DNA of 63,767 bases, filler included, from Vannella sp. (lineage: Eukaryota), in NCBI GenBank assembly GCA_023345925.1. It is 7 parts of 7 records of this genome, joined end to end, with 100 filler letters (N's around TTAATTAATTAA, not from the genome) between each part and the next. Parts side by side here need not be neighbours in the genome. Positions count along the whole stretch, not along the records: positions 45,677 to 51,744 come from JAJQQN010000013.1; positions 51,845 to 63,767 come from JAJQQN010001135.1; 5 more parts are not named here. One strand, given 5' to 3'. Position 1 is the first letter of the stretch; each line of letters starts with the position of its first letter. Made by a program: the position numbers and the translations under genes. The notes below the pieces were generated by a model. The model made no database searches. It saw nothing but the letters and a program-made list of their open reading frames with translations, and had not been told where the DNA came from. Shown piece after piece: positions 45,677 to 57,507 of this stretch.

Positions 45677-48486
45677 CACGCGCACGCTCTTCTACTATTA
45701 TGGCCTTTGTGACGCTCGTGGTATCCCTGCTCCTCCTGCCCCTGTTACTGGACTACCGTGTAGTAAGTTATACAACAACTGGCTCGTGGAGGAGCTGCTT
45801 ATCCTTCTCTAGACATCGACTGTGAGCCTGGGACGTTCCTTCCTCTCAATTCGACCACTTGTACGGAGTGCCCAGCCGGTAGCTTCTCTATGGGAGGCGG
45901 GGAGCGCTTCTATGAGTGGCGAGGAGCCTTCCCCCGCTCCTCTTCCATCCTTTTCCGCACTTATTGCGCTGAGCTGAACTCTGTCGTTCCTGCAGAAGAC
46001 TTTCAGTACTGCGGGTACGTTACTGGTGTCTCATTGTAACCCTTCTGACTGGAATAGCTGGGAACTGGGTGGTTACGAGGTGAACTCTGGCGACATGTCA
46101 GGAAAGGACTCTGTCAACTCTATCTTGGAGCTCTCCATGCTGGTACGTTCTCTCCTATATCTACTGAACCTCTTCTCACTTTCTGGATGATGCAACTAGC
46201 TTCTAGTGGCAGGACGAGTGGACTTTTCGTACACGTGCGACGTCCAACGCTCTGGAGCCACCTTTGCGTACAAGGTGGACGAGGAACGCCCTGTTCCAAT
46301 CACACTGACTTCAGAGTACGCCACTGTGAGCATCCCACTTGCTGCAGGGCCCCATAAGATTCGTTGGATCTTCTACAAGAACCCTCAGGTCAGCTCAGGG
46401 CAAGACATCGCTCGTATCTCTGTAAGTACCATCTAGAAAGTCTAAGGATCATGTCTGACAGGGCTGGGATCGTAGTGGGTTGAGATCTACGGAAGTAAGC
46501 CTGCTGATGACAAAGCGTGCCCCAAGTGCCCTCCTGGTGGATACCAACCTGGTATGTTACTTGAGCATGATAATGTCACCTCTCTCTGACCTGTAGCTCC
46601 TCTTCAGACCCTGGACAAAGCATCTGCCGGAAATGCCCTGTGAACACGTATATGCCTGACCAAGGAGCCACGCACTGCATTCCTTGCGAAGGAGGGTACT
46701 CTGCTGAGGGTTCTACTCAGTGTGTTCCCTTCACTCGTAATTGCAGTGTGCTTGAGGACGCTGTTCTCTTCTACACGCCTTGTAATCAGGTTGGGGACAA
46801 CTGGGAGCGCTCTCAGTACTACCAATGGCAAAGCCCTTTGCTTTGTGACAACTCTGCCGAGCCTCTGCCTCCTCCATTGCCCGCCAGTCGCTGTTCTCCT
46901 TGTCCACCGGGTGCTTACTACAGCACAGCTACGTCCTCTTGCTTCTACTGTCCCCCAGGAAGCTACAGCCTCAACGACCAGTGCGCTCCTTGCACGTCTG
47001 GTACAGCAGCTATCCAGCAAGTGTCCTACACCGAGTGGTCCACTCTCCCTCCCAACTTCGAGACGATGTGCTACGGATCTTGTGTCCACGACGGCTGGTC
47101 GCCCTCCCAGAACTCCATCCGAGCCATCCTTAGCGCTGGGAAGCAGGCAGATCAACTGCTCACGTTGAACTTGGACGTGAGCTTCGGTGGAGGCTTTGAG
47201 TTTGTCTACGACATCGAGGGAACCATGGAAGACTCCTTTTTTGAGGTCACTGTGAATGGAGAGTCCATCTTCAGTGCAAAGAAGGACCATGGGACTCACC
47301 ATCACGCTCTTGAGACTGGCCTTTATGTTATTGGCTTCTGGGCGCATGGTTCGGGGATGAGCACCAACACAGTATCTATCTCAAAGGTCTCAGTCACTGG
47401 TGCGCATATTGGTGGTGCCACAGAGTGCACCCCCTGCCCAGTTGGGTACTTCCAACCTGATGCGAACCGCAAAGACTGTGCTCCTTGTCAGTTTGGCCGT
47501 CACACCAACAGTACTGGTTCGAGGAAGTGTGAGAACTGTCCGGAAAACACTTTCGCGTCTCATCCAGCTTCAACGGAGTGCAAGCCGTGTGCTGAAGGGA
47601 CTTCCAGTCCAAGTGGCTCTGGTTATTGCCAGAACCCTACTTGCACCTTTATCACTGAAAATCGACGTTACGAGTATAATCTCAGCCCCTACAGCGGGAT
47701 TCCTCAACATGTAGAGAACCAAGAGAGCAATTCTGGCTTCTATCTCATCAGTTACTGCGGTCTGCTTGCGCCAACAGACTCAGAGTGTGGAGTAGCTTTT
47801 GCTTGCGAGACTTATGATCGCTTCAACCCATTCGAACCCACCAAGAACTTCGTCTCGTGGGGTTCAGACCAGACTTTCGAGGAGAATGGTACAGTTTCCC
47901 CTCTTTTACTCAAGCGAACCTAACCAAAGGGGAAAAGAGGACCCAACAAAGGGATTCTCTCTTGTATACACCAACGGAGGGGCCGTGGGCTGCCCAGGCG
48001 AGCAGAAAAGATCTTTGTGAGTCATCTAGACCCTTTCTGAAGATAAGGGAAGCTGACTTGAATCGTAGGCGCGTCAATTTCAATTGTGAGGCTGATCAAT
48101 CCAAATTCACATCACTACAGTACTCGAGATCGCAATCTACCGCATGCCACGCAGTTTTCGAACAGCAGAGTATCTATGGCTGCCCAGTCTGCTCCTACAA
48201 AGACTTTGAACGTGAAGAGGGTGAATGTGTGGATGGCAAGATGACAGTGGAGCATCCCAAGAAGGAGGGCTCTCAATGCAATGGCATGATGAAACCCACC
48301 CAAGAGACTTGTGGTGACCTCACACTTAACTTCGGTCTTTCTGTTATCTTGGTCCTTCTCATTGTTGTGGCTATTATTTCTCTCGCTGCATTCGTAGTGG
48401 TCATGATCGTCAAGAACCGCCGCCTCAAGGTCAAATACTCTCAGCTCCAAGCTTCAACTACTGAAATGGATAACTTGGAAGACTAA
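45677..48486 (+). CDS. ELAPOR/KIAA1324-like Cys-rich type I membrane protein (5'-truncated)
   Basis: CTECPAGSFSMGGGERFYEW, CxxCPxG repeats, MRH-like ...SIYGCPVCSYKDFEREEGEC, TM helix and tail KNRRLKVKYSQL. Confidence 0.8.
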
Positions 48487-48522
48487 CAAAGCTCTAACTT
48501 TCATACTAATTCTCTGTTTGAT

Positions 48523-48568
48523 TCATTCTCTCTACTGTTTCATTGGAATCATTCTCTCTACTGTTTCA
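48523..48568 (+). repeat. 20-bp direct repeat between convergent genes
   Basis: TCATTCTCTCTACTGTTTCA at 48523 and 48549. Confidence 0.85.
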
Positions 48569-50896
48569 ATGAGCTGACCATTCGAAGGAGAGCTGCCATG
48601 TGCTTGTACTCTTCAAGGAGAAGCTGAATATCTCCAGTTGTCAATTGATCCACGGTTGATGACGCAAAAGTTAATGGAGTGTCTTGGACAGACTCCACCT
48701 GGCAAAATGTTAACTCCAGTGGAAAAAGAAAGCGAGGGAAAGGGAATCACGCACCACAAAAGAGAGTGTCTCATCTATCATTGCATATCGTTTGGCTTGC
48801 TCTGCAGTGTAGCGAGAGGTCGCACTCTCCAAGACACTCAAGTCATCCACCGAGAAGCTGACCTCTTCCGACTCAGCCACATTTGTTGAAGGCTGAGGAC
48901 TGACGAAGACAGGCTCCTCTTCGTGACCAATAGACAGGGACATAGAGGGGCTAGCCAAGGTTAGTGGACTTGCAGTCCCTTCAGCATCCGCCCGCAAGCT
49001 ACTGAGAGATCGCACTACCGGCAAAAGGGGCACTGGGAGGGGCAAGTGCTCTTCAGCATAGTCACAATCCAGTAGATTGCTAGGAGGAGGGAGTACTGAG
49101 GTGGCTTCTGAAGGGGGCTTGACCATAAGTCTCCTCGTCCTCGGTAACTCACCCTTCATATAACTCTCCAGTAGCTCTTCAGAAAGGCCCAAAGACTGCG
49201 CACTGATGTTTTGGATAAAATAGACAGCAGACTCGAGGATAGTGAGGTAATAAAATGACTCTCCCAGGTCGTCATCTTGGTTGTGCGAGCAAAAAGAGCG
49301 GATATACTCAATGTTACACTGAATGAGAGGCGGATTGGAGATGATAATAGCCAGAATCATGTGAGGCAGAAAGTCGTCTGCCCCTGCCACCCCTCCCTTG
49401 CTGTTAAGAAGGAAGATAATAGTCTTACTGCATCTCAGAATGCATTGAAGCTTCATCTTGGGTGTTACCAGATTGTTCATAGCTAGGAGTTCCTCTCTAG
49501 CTTTCGACCACAAAGAGAGGTCCCATTCATTGCATTGGATGTCTAAATGGTCGGGAGTGACAAACCAAAGCTTGTCAATCGTGTTATTCAACTCCTTATC
49601 TCGTTCCCGAAGCTCCTTTGGCGCAAAGATACTATTGAGTAACATCAATATCGTAGGATTTGATACCCAAGGAGGCGTGGACGGGATCTAGGAGGTACTT
49701 ACAGCTCATACAAGCGAGTTAACACTGTTTTGGTAATATTATCTCTGGCAATGGAGAGTTCGAGGGGCGAGGCGTTGTTCCAAAGAGGATTCACGCGAAT
49801 GGAGACCATTACTTGCTCTAAGAAGTTGTTAATCTGGTCGCAGGCCTCTTGGTAGTCAGAAGGAAGCCGCTTCTTCGAGGCAGCGAGGAAGATCTTGATG
49901 TTCTCGCGGAGCTTCTTCGCTTTGATGTGAAGGATCTTTTCTTGATAGAGTGCCTGAAGCTTTGCCTCTTCCTCTGCTCGCCTTGCAGTCTCGAGGTCCT
50001 GCATCTGGTCCCACGTGGGTCAGAGAGTCAAGGGATTGGCTCGAATGGACGCTTACCAGGAGCTCTTGAGCTTTGCTCATTTGTGGAACGGTCTTGGCAC
50101 CTATCCAGTCATCAGGATGGGCCCAGAATACGTCGCTTATCAGTATCAAGCCGATAGGACAGACGATTGGCTCTCCTCCGTCCTTGCAGGGCACCGATAG
50201 GTGTACCTGGCCCTCTCTTAGGATCTGCAGTCGAAGCACTTGCTCTCCAGAAGGAGAAAGGGAGTTGTTCCTGAAGGAATGCTGCTCCAACGCGGGAACA
50301 GAGCTGAACTTGTCGAGATCAAGGATCGAGATGTTCTCTCTTTCCGCATCCAGGGAGCCCATGATACCGTTGAGAGTCATGAATATGGTTCCTTCTATAG
50401 ATTGGGCAACAATGTTGACGGCATGGGACTCTAGAAAGCACCGGGAGAGCTCAAAGTTGACCATCGACACCTCCTGCGGGACAAGGAGGACGCCCTGCTC
50501 CTCCATGAGCCTGAGAATGATGTCACTATAGTCCAATGCGTGGTCTTGAAGCAATCGGAGCATCCGGTTGTTCTCCATCTCGTAGGCAAAGAACCCTTGA
50601 GACGTCCCATCGCTGCTTACCGCAAAGGGGACACTACTTGGGCTCTCTGAAGGAACAGGCTGAACCCCACCTTTGCTATCGTCAGCATTAGCAACAAGCG
50701 AAGGCGCTGTGCGCACGAGGGAAGCCATAAAGTCTGTCGGAAGGTACTGCGCGAAGCGTGTCACTCGGTTCTTGGCCTTTTCTCGATACACAGATGCCAC
50801 AGAGGGTACACTTGGTGCTGGCACTATTGAACTAGAAGCTCTGGGACTCAGTCGCTCCCCATTCGGAGGAGAGCGGCTCGTTGCAGGGAAGTCCAT
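48558..50896 (-). CDS. VPS9-domain Rab5 GEF
   Basis: TPKMKLQCIL, GADDFLP and GESFYYLT; inferred last exon LTTGDIQLLLEEYK. Confidence 0.88.
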
Positions 50897-50992
50897 TCCA
50901 CCAATGAATGAAGGCCATTGTCTCCACCAATCGGAAGAGGTTCTTTGGTGGTCAACCAATCAGCAGAGCCATTTTATCTTCGAGCTTTGAGG

Positions 50993-51586
50993 ATGACCAC
51001 TCCGACGCTGTTCTACTGGAGACTTAAGGCGCGAGCTCAGTTGCCACTGCTGATTGCAAAGTATGCCAACCAGCCTTTGGATTGGCAGGAGAGGCCCAAG
51101 TGGCCTGCGATGAAGGGAGAGACCCACTTTGGTCAGTTGCCCTTGCTGGTGGATGGAAACGTTAAGGTTTCGCAGAGTATGGCTATTGCAAGATACCTCG
51201 CGAAGAAGACAAACCTCCAAGGAGAGACGGACGAGGACTTTGCCCTTTCCGAGGTCCTCATGGAGGAGCAAGTCGACCTCTTCGGCATGATCTCCAAGGC
51301 AAGCAAAGAAACCGACAAGGAACAAGCCTACACAAAGCTGTTTGCAGAGGACTTCCCCAAGCAGCTCAATCATCTAGAAAAGTTGGCCGATCGTGATTTC
51401 ATCACCTCCAAGGTGACAGCAGGCTCGCTGGCCATCTTCAGCGTCCTCAACATTGCTTTGGATCTTCAACCAAATGTCCTTGAACAGACCCCGAAGCTCA
51501 AGAGCTTCTACGATCGAGTAGCTGAGGCTCCTGGAGTCAAGGAGTACCTTGACATGAAGGTTCCTCCTTGGTTCAAGCGAGAATAA
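50993..51586 (+). CDS. Glutathione S-transferase
   Basis: LFYW...RAQ, FGQLPLL and SQSMAIARYLA. Confidence 0.93.
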   Translation: MTTPTLFYWRLKARAQLPLLIAKYANQPLDWQERPKWPAMKGETHFGQLPLLVDGNVKVSQSMAIARYLAKKTNLQGETDEDFALSEVLMEEQVDLFGMISKASKETDKEQAYTKLFAEDFPKQLNHLEKLADRDFITSKVTAGSLAIFSVLNIALDLQPNVLEQTPKLKSFYDRVAEAPGVKEYLDMKVPPWFKRE

Positions 51587-51744
51587 GCTTCTTGCACTTG
51601 CTATTGACCTAAACTGTAACTTATAACATGATCAGGCCCTCGTTTGAACAGCGGATCCCATTGAATCGGACAGAAAGACCGATTTACATTGAAGAATGCT
51701 GGACACTCCAGTACGGTACATGGCGTTGAGGAAGACTGTTTCTA

Positions 51745-51844
51745 NNNNNNNNNNNNNNNNNNNNNNNNNNNNNNNNNNNNNNNNNNNNTTAATTAATTAA
51801 NNNNNNNNNNNNNNNNNNNNNNNNNNNNNNNNNNNNNNNNNNNN
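51745..51844. other. Artificial contig spacer
   Basis: N-TTAATTAATTAA-N, 100 nt. Confidence 0.99.
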
Positions 51845-52145
51845 GCGAAGATCAAGTCCGGGGCAACAGAGGCAAACCGCCCTCTTCACCGTCCCCTTCG
51901 TTTTTTTCAACAAAAGCGAATAAAAAAAAAACAACCCTAAAACCTAACCGATGCGCTGGTAATGAAATCAATCAACAACACGTCGAAAAAGGGCTGGCAA
52001 AGGAACTTATTGATCGACAGCAGTCGAAGTGCGAAATGGAGAGGCGATGGCACGAAGAAGAAAAGATGACTCGGAGGAGGTCCACCAGATCTTTCGATGT
52101 GTCAGAGGCACGTTTAAAGAGAGTTTAGAATCAGAAGTAGAAGTT

Positions 52146-53355
52146 TCAATGACAGCAATCTGTGGAAGAAGGGGAAGGGGCAGAGAAGGGTCGAGGAGTG
52201 ACATAGTGACTCCAGAGCACCTTGGATTGCCATAGAAGTGGCTTTGCACGATGCTGACTTTCATGGAAGATGTCAAAACTATTGGCCTGCAAGCACGTCA
52301 AGTAATCTCGCACCAAAACCCGGGACAAGAACAATGGGTCCATCACTTTGGGTACCACAGTCCCGTGCAGCTTCTCTGCCTCCACAATCGGCTCCTCTTA
52401 GACTCCATTGAGAGGGAAATAAGAAGAGAGTGACTTACATGCTCTAAATGAAGGAATGCGGTCGAGGCTACCTCGTATATCACTTCAGAGAGTCCCTCTG
52501 GCTTGGTATCGGACCGGTATAGAGACTCAGAAGAGAGCTTCTGTTGAGAGAGGAGCTGAAGAGGAAGGTAGCACACACGGCGACTCAGCTGAGACGGTGT
52601 TCCTCGGAGGAGCTGGAACAGACTGAATGCCTTGGCGTAGTGCGAGATGGCATGATCAATATCGAGTCTGCGTTGTTCACTGAGCTCTTTGGGGTAGAGA
52701 GCAGCAAAGCAGTCGGTAGAGAGACCCAGAATGGAGCCGATTGTGTCATTTCCGTACTTCTCTAGGTCCGCAATCGTCACAGGAAGAGCAGAGTCTCCGT
52801 GTGCACGAAAGAGAGCTGAGATGTGCACCTTAGAGAGCGAAACCTGGCTCATCAGACCGAAGAAGCCTTGGGTAACGGGATGTGCGGGCACTTGGTAGGC
52901 ATCTGGCTGCTTTCCTTCCCTTATCTGTTGTCCTACAACGTATGAGGAGCTCATCTGGTCCTTCCACCACTGTATCCGCATCTCTTTGGCCTTGTTTGGC
53001 TCGTTCCCCATCGGATCTGACGAAGGATTCTTCCCAGTCTTATCAGAAGCATCCAGCAATGAGCTCAACATACGTACGACTCTAACTTGAGCCTCTGGAT
53101 TGATCAACTCGTGATGGAACGCATGAAACAGGCAGTACGCGCCCGGCAGCCGCCCCGGAAGGAACTGCGAGCAGTACCAGCTCCAATAGTCCTTCTTCCT
53201 ACCCTCCCACATCAACATCCCATACAAGCACCCTCCTACAACCCTCCAGCAACCTACTTTGTGTCAGATTGACAGTATTCAAGCGGGTGGAGAGCTGCAC
53301 TAGCCAAACCCCGTCTCCCCTTCACCGCCAGACTCGCTCCTCGTCTCGCCCACAT
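52146..53355 (-). CDS. NDUFAF6: NDUFAF6-like complex I assembly factor (squalene/phytoene synthase fold)
   Basis: Presequence, then EYC..|KDY, AFHHEL, MRIQWWKD, HPV, LLRGTP..YLP and ASTAFLHL; 3' end approximate. Confidence 0.78.
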
Positions 53356-53395
53356 CGAATGACTTCAAATGGAAGGCTTGGAAGGTCATTTGGGC

Positions 53396-55201
53396 ATGTT
53401 CCGGTCCTTGCGGACGGCGGGGCAGCTCAGCCGGACTTGGTCGGCCTCAAGTGTGAGAAGGACCGTTCTGGAGGTGAGTAAGGGAGGACAAGGAGATGCG
53501 CAGGCGTGGAGGAGAGAGTGGAGTGTCGGCTTGAGAGGCTACTTGACGGCGGAGGCGAAGGGCGAACCTATCAGCATGTTGAACTCGGCGGAACTGTCTC
53601 AGGAGCGCATGGGATTGCTGCAAGGACTCTTCCTAAGCAGTGGTGCGAAGGGTTTCGAGTCTTCTATCACTTGCCAGCACTTGGAAGACACTCTTCTCAA
53701 GATTGTGGGAGGAGAGGAGGATCCTGTCACTCATGAGATCATCCAGAAGGCACGCACACTATCCCTCTTTCGCTCAAACGCTTCCTTACGCTTCTGAGTA
53801 GATCGTGAGCACTGCTGACATCGACAACAACAAGCTGATAAGCTGGCAAGAGTTCCGCCAGTGGTTTGAGCCTCTTGGAGACGAGAACATCAGTCTTAAA
53901 GCCTTGTTTGAGTACTGGAGTATGAACTCAGAGCTTAAGAACCCTAAAGTAATCTTCAACAACGCCTGGAGCTCCCTGAAGAACCAGTTTGGAGAGGAGA
54001 ACATGTCCTTTCCCTCCCAGCTACTTGTAGGTCTCTCGCTCACTTACCCCGCTTGGCTCTGAACCACTCTATCTTATGTAGTGTTTAGGAGGTGCTCCTG
54101 GGTCTGGTAAAGGCTCCAACACTCCGTTTATCCTCCGAGAGCGAGAGATCTCTGCTCCTCCCATCGTTATGTCCTCCATTCTTCGTAGTCCCGCTATGCA
54201 GAAGATCAAGGCAAAAGGAGGGTTAGTGGGCGACTATGAGGTGCTGAAGACGCTCTTGCAGGAGCTCTTGAAGCCCATTTATGTGAATGGGGCTGTCATT
54301 GATGGCTTCCCACGTACTGCTATCCAAGTGGAGTTCCTCAGGATGCTCCGTGACCACATGGTTGTGCTCCAGCAGAAGTACTGCGGCACCAACTTGGCCT
54401 CCAAGTTTCAGAGACCGGCATTCCGAATGATTGGTGCGTGGAATGTCTTCCTTTGCATCTTCTGATGAGTGACTGACCGTCTCTAAGTGCTCTATGTTAA
54501 CGAGACAGACAGCGTCCGTCGTCAGCTTGCTCGTGGGAAGCGAACGGAAGAGAACAATGAGAAGGTGAAGCAAACGGGAATAGGAGAGCTCGAAGAAGTC
54601 CGTCCTACTGATGTATCTGTGACCGCTGCACGTAAAAGATACAAGGTCTTTAGTGAGCAAGCTCTGGAAGCACTCCAGAGTCTCAAACAAGAATTTCCTT
54701 ATCACGTTATTGACGGTTCGTCCTTCCCTCTCGGATTCGGGCGAATCTGACCGCAATTCAACAGCTTCTGGGACTGTTGAAGACGTAGAGAATGAGATTG
54801 TACAAGAATTGTCGTATCAGTCTTCTATGGAACTGGACCACGACACTTATGAGGCCATCCGAGGCATTCCAACGTCTCAGAACATCATTACTAGTGCCAG
54901 ACAGCAGCTTGTGCAACGCCTGGATGGCTATCAACGCGATACACCGCAGCAATTTGCCCAAGTGATTGACATCATTAAGAGAGTCTTCATTCCTGTCTTC
55001 CGTCGTCATGCGTTAGCCGGTGCCGGCCGCGTTGTCATCCAAGATGCAGATCCTAGCTTTGCCCTGGTCTCCTCGGAAGAGTCTGTAAGCATGATTGTCG
55101 ATATTCTAGCCGATCGAGATTTCAGCGTGATTGGAGTGGAGCGAAAAGAGTACGGAATCATGTTTGACGTGCGTTTTCGCGCCCGCGGCTTGCACCACTA
55201 A
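53396..55201 (+). CDS. Adenylate kinase-family protein with N-terminal EF-hand
   Basis: GGAPGSGKG P-loop, IDGFPRT and EF loop DIDNNKLISWQE; GC-AG intron 53750-53801. Confidence 0.85.
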
Positions 55202-55585
55202 GCAAGTCACATGTGCATGAGAATAGCTTTCTCAACCTTTTCTAAATTATCTCCTTCCTTCTCCTCAGCGGACTCTTTCAATCCAAAAACTCTTCCTCTT
55301 AACATGGAATAGTCCTCTCTATGAGAGAAAGGTGATCTAAAGTAAGATAGGCCTCTCAGAACCCAGTCTTTTGCCTGAAATAGCGCGCGTCAATCAGCGA
55401 CAGAACGCAGAACGGCACTGAATCGGCAGGGGTAGAACCCAAGAGAATGCACCTAAAAACTGCCCTGTTAAAACAGACCTGTTCCCTTGGGGTTTAATGG
55501 ATACGAGAGCATCCGCTGATTTCAGATACTTATCAGAGAGCCAATCAAGTCGCAAAGGGTCTCTGGGGGAAGGAAAGAGAATTTG

Positions 55586-56521
55586 TTAATGCTTCCGTCT
55601 CTGCTTTTGAGCGGGTTTCTTCTTTTTAGAGTGAATGTGGCACTGTCCAGGACTCCATTGGAGTTGAACTGAAGATGCCTTCGTAGCTAATACCCCAAAA
55701 GAGTCGAAGGAGCCTTCTAAGAGGAGATTCTTGTCCCCCATGTGACGCATCTCCACCGCAAGGCTCCCACTAGAGCCCATGTCCACAGAAGGGACATGAT
55801 CAGGCGTTCCGAGATTGTTTGGCAATGCTAAGCGACCTGCAGCATAGTCCTTCTCCACGAACGGACACCGCAAAGCATCCTCAGGACGAGAGAACCACAC
55901 ATTCACAAGCAAGGTGACTCGTGGACCCTGCCCAGGCCTTGGTTGCTCCCACAAAGAAGCCATTTCACTCGGAGCACAGTGAAGCAGCCTACCATCGAAG
56001 GAAACGACCTTTCCTGATCGAACCCGGCTCATCCATGCTCGTGGGACAGAGCAAGGCAAAGGAGTATCCTCACAAACATCGAAGAAGGTTGTAGGTGCAC
56101 CATAGTCCGCCAAATACGTCACCGTACCTGCGTACGGATAGCGATCTTCCCCCGCACGCTCTGCGGCGTAGTCCTTGTCGTAGTGGGCTCCCACTTGATC
56201 AGAACGCTCATCCAACACTAAAGGCCAGTACTCTGCACCTGCTTGAGACGGATCAAAGTACGTCCCAGCACTAAACCAGCGAAACACTGCCAAGGCGAAC
56301 TCCTCGGCTACTGAAGCGGGTTCTTCATCTGCAGCGATGAAGAAGGTCTCTCCGCTGGAATAACGCTCATTGGCACTCTTGGTCTTGGCTGTGAAGAGCT
56401 CCTTGGCCTTCTCTTTGAGAAGGAGGACTTGATCGGTCGTGAGGACGGCTGTGAAGGCTTGGAAGGGTGGTGGGTCCTTCATGGCAACGTAAGAATCATC
56501 ACAAACACTTCTACTTCTCAT
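55586..56521 (-). CDS. Uncharacterised 2OG-Fe(II) oxygenase-like protein
   Basis: GAEYW, HYDKD (HxD), TVTYL, FDGRLLH (distal His) and RVTLLVNVW. Confidence 0.65.
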   Translation of the reverse strand: MRSRSVCDDSYVAMKDPPPFQAFTAVLTTDQVLLLKEKAKELFTAKTKSANERYSSGETFFIAADEEPASVAEEFALAVFRWFSAGTYFDPSQAGAEYWPLVLDERSDQVGAHYDKDYAAERAGEDRYPYAGTVTYLADYGAPTTFFDVCEDTPLPCSVPRAWMSRVRSGKVVSFDGRLLHCAPSEMASLWEQPRPGQGPRVTLLVNVWFSRPEDALRCPFVEKDYAAGRLALPNNLGTPDHVPSVDMGSSGSLAVEMRHMGDKNLLLEGSFDSFGVLATKASSVQLQWSPGQCHIHSKKKKPAQKQRRKH

Positions 56522-56943
56522 TTCCAGCCTCCATGATCACTCCAGAACAGCTGGCGTCCCATGATGAAGGCGTTTGATGATTTACGCGTGACAGCGCAGG
56601 GGAGAAGCGTTAGGACCAAGCTTTTGATAAGTTATGAAGGTCTATGAAGGTTTGCGAGTCGGAGAGGTCCGCTGACGAACATAGGGGGGTCGGGGTGGTC
56701 GAGGGTCAAGGAGGACATGCCATATCCCTCCTATTGCAAAGTGTGGATGACCATCCTCTATGAGAAGTCACCGCCAAACCAAATGGAGCAGGACACCTTC
56801 CACGCCAGGGCTTCCATTGCACATGCTCGCCACCTTCCCAACCTCCCCTCTCGGTCATCTTCTATTCTGTGGTCGTGAGACTGCTTCTTTGAGCCCTTTG
56901 GTGAACCTGTGACAACGTCTGCAAGCCATTTTCTTGGGTTGCG

Positions 56944-57467
56944 ATGGCGGACTTGGCTCTTCAAGAGATTGTGAAGTGCAGGTAGGAGAGTCTTCCACTT
57001 GAATGGAGCTGAATGTCGTATGTGCGGGGCAGTGTAAGCTCGGTGTTGAATAGAGATCACCGGATGTACGGGAGATCGAACATGTTCGATGGGAGCGAAG
57101 AAACTTGTTGGAATAGCGATCAGGGGAAGCCTCAGTGGATTCTGTTACACTTTGACGCAAACGTACACATCCAAATGATCAATATCATGTTCCAAGGTGG
57201 CTTTGTAGGCCAGGAGTGCACCTTTCAGTCCCTCGACGATCAAAAAAGGGTCCTTTCCTCCTGGCCCTTCTACCCTTCGGACATCAACTCCTTACAGTCG
57301 TAAGACTCTCTTTATAGCACACCTGATGAGATGTCTCACTCCCAACCAGGTTCCCTCTCGGTCAAACAGTGAGACGACTTCGATTGGAGTTTGCTGATTC
57401 AACCGACTTCTTCGGCCGAGTGACCGTTTATCAGTTACAGGTGATCGGAAGTTTAGAATCAGAGTAA
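56944..57467 (+). CDS. NR2C2AP: Nuclear receptor 2C2-associated protein (2 introns)
   Basis: VSSVLNRD..G..NMFDGSEETCWNSDQG, FQGGFVG and STDFFGRVTVY. Confidence 0.92.
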
Positions 57468-57507
57468 CTAGTAGTGTACAGAGGCCATCCGGCTGGAGAA
57501 GGAAGTG

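Noticed and set aside
45700..45763. ATG with a signal-peptide-like frame as the ELAPOR-like start
   Set aside because: Its phase is incompatible with the next exon; the alternative frame open from the contig edge joins correctly, so the gene is 5'-truncated.
8527..51844. Six identical TTAATTAATTAA elements flanked by N
   Set aside because: These are synthetic contig-joining spacers, so gene adjacency across them is meaningless.
51933..51949. Telomere-like AACCCTAAAACCTAACC near a contig start
   Set aside because: Only about two imperfect units and not terminal.
56561..56675. Possible C/D box snoRNA (ATGATGA...CTGA)
   Set aside because: No convincing terminal stem or recognisable rRNA guide; the CTGA fits a branch point of a possible short intron equally well.
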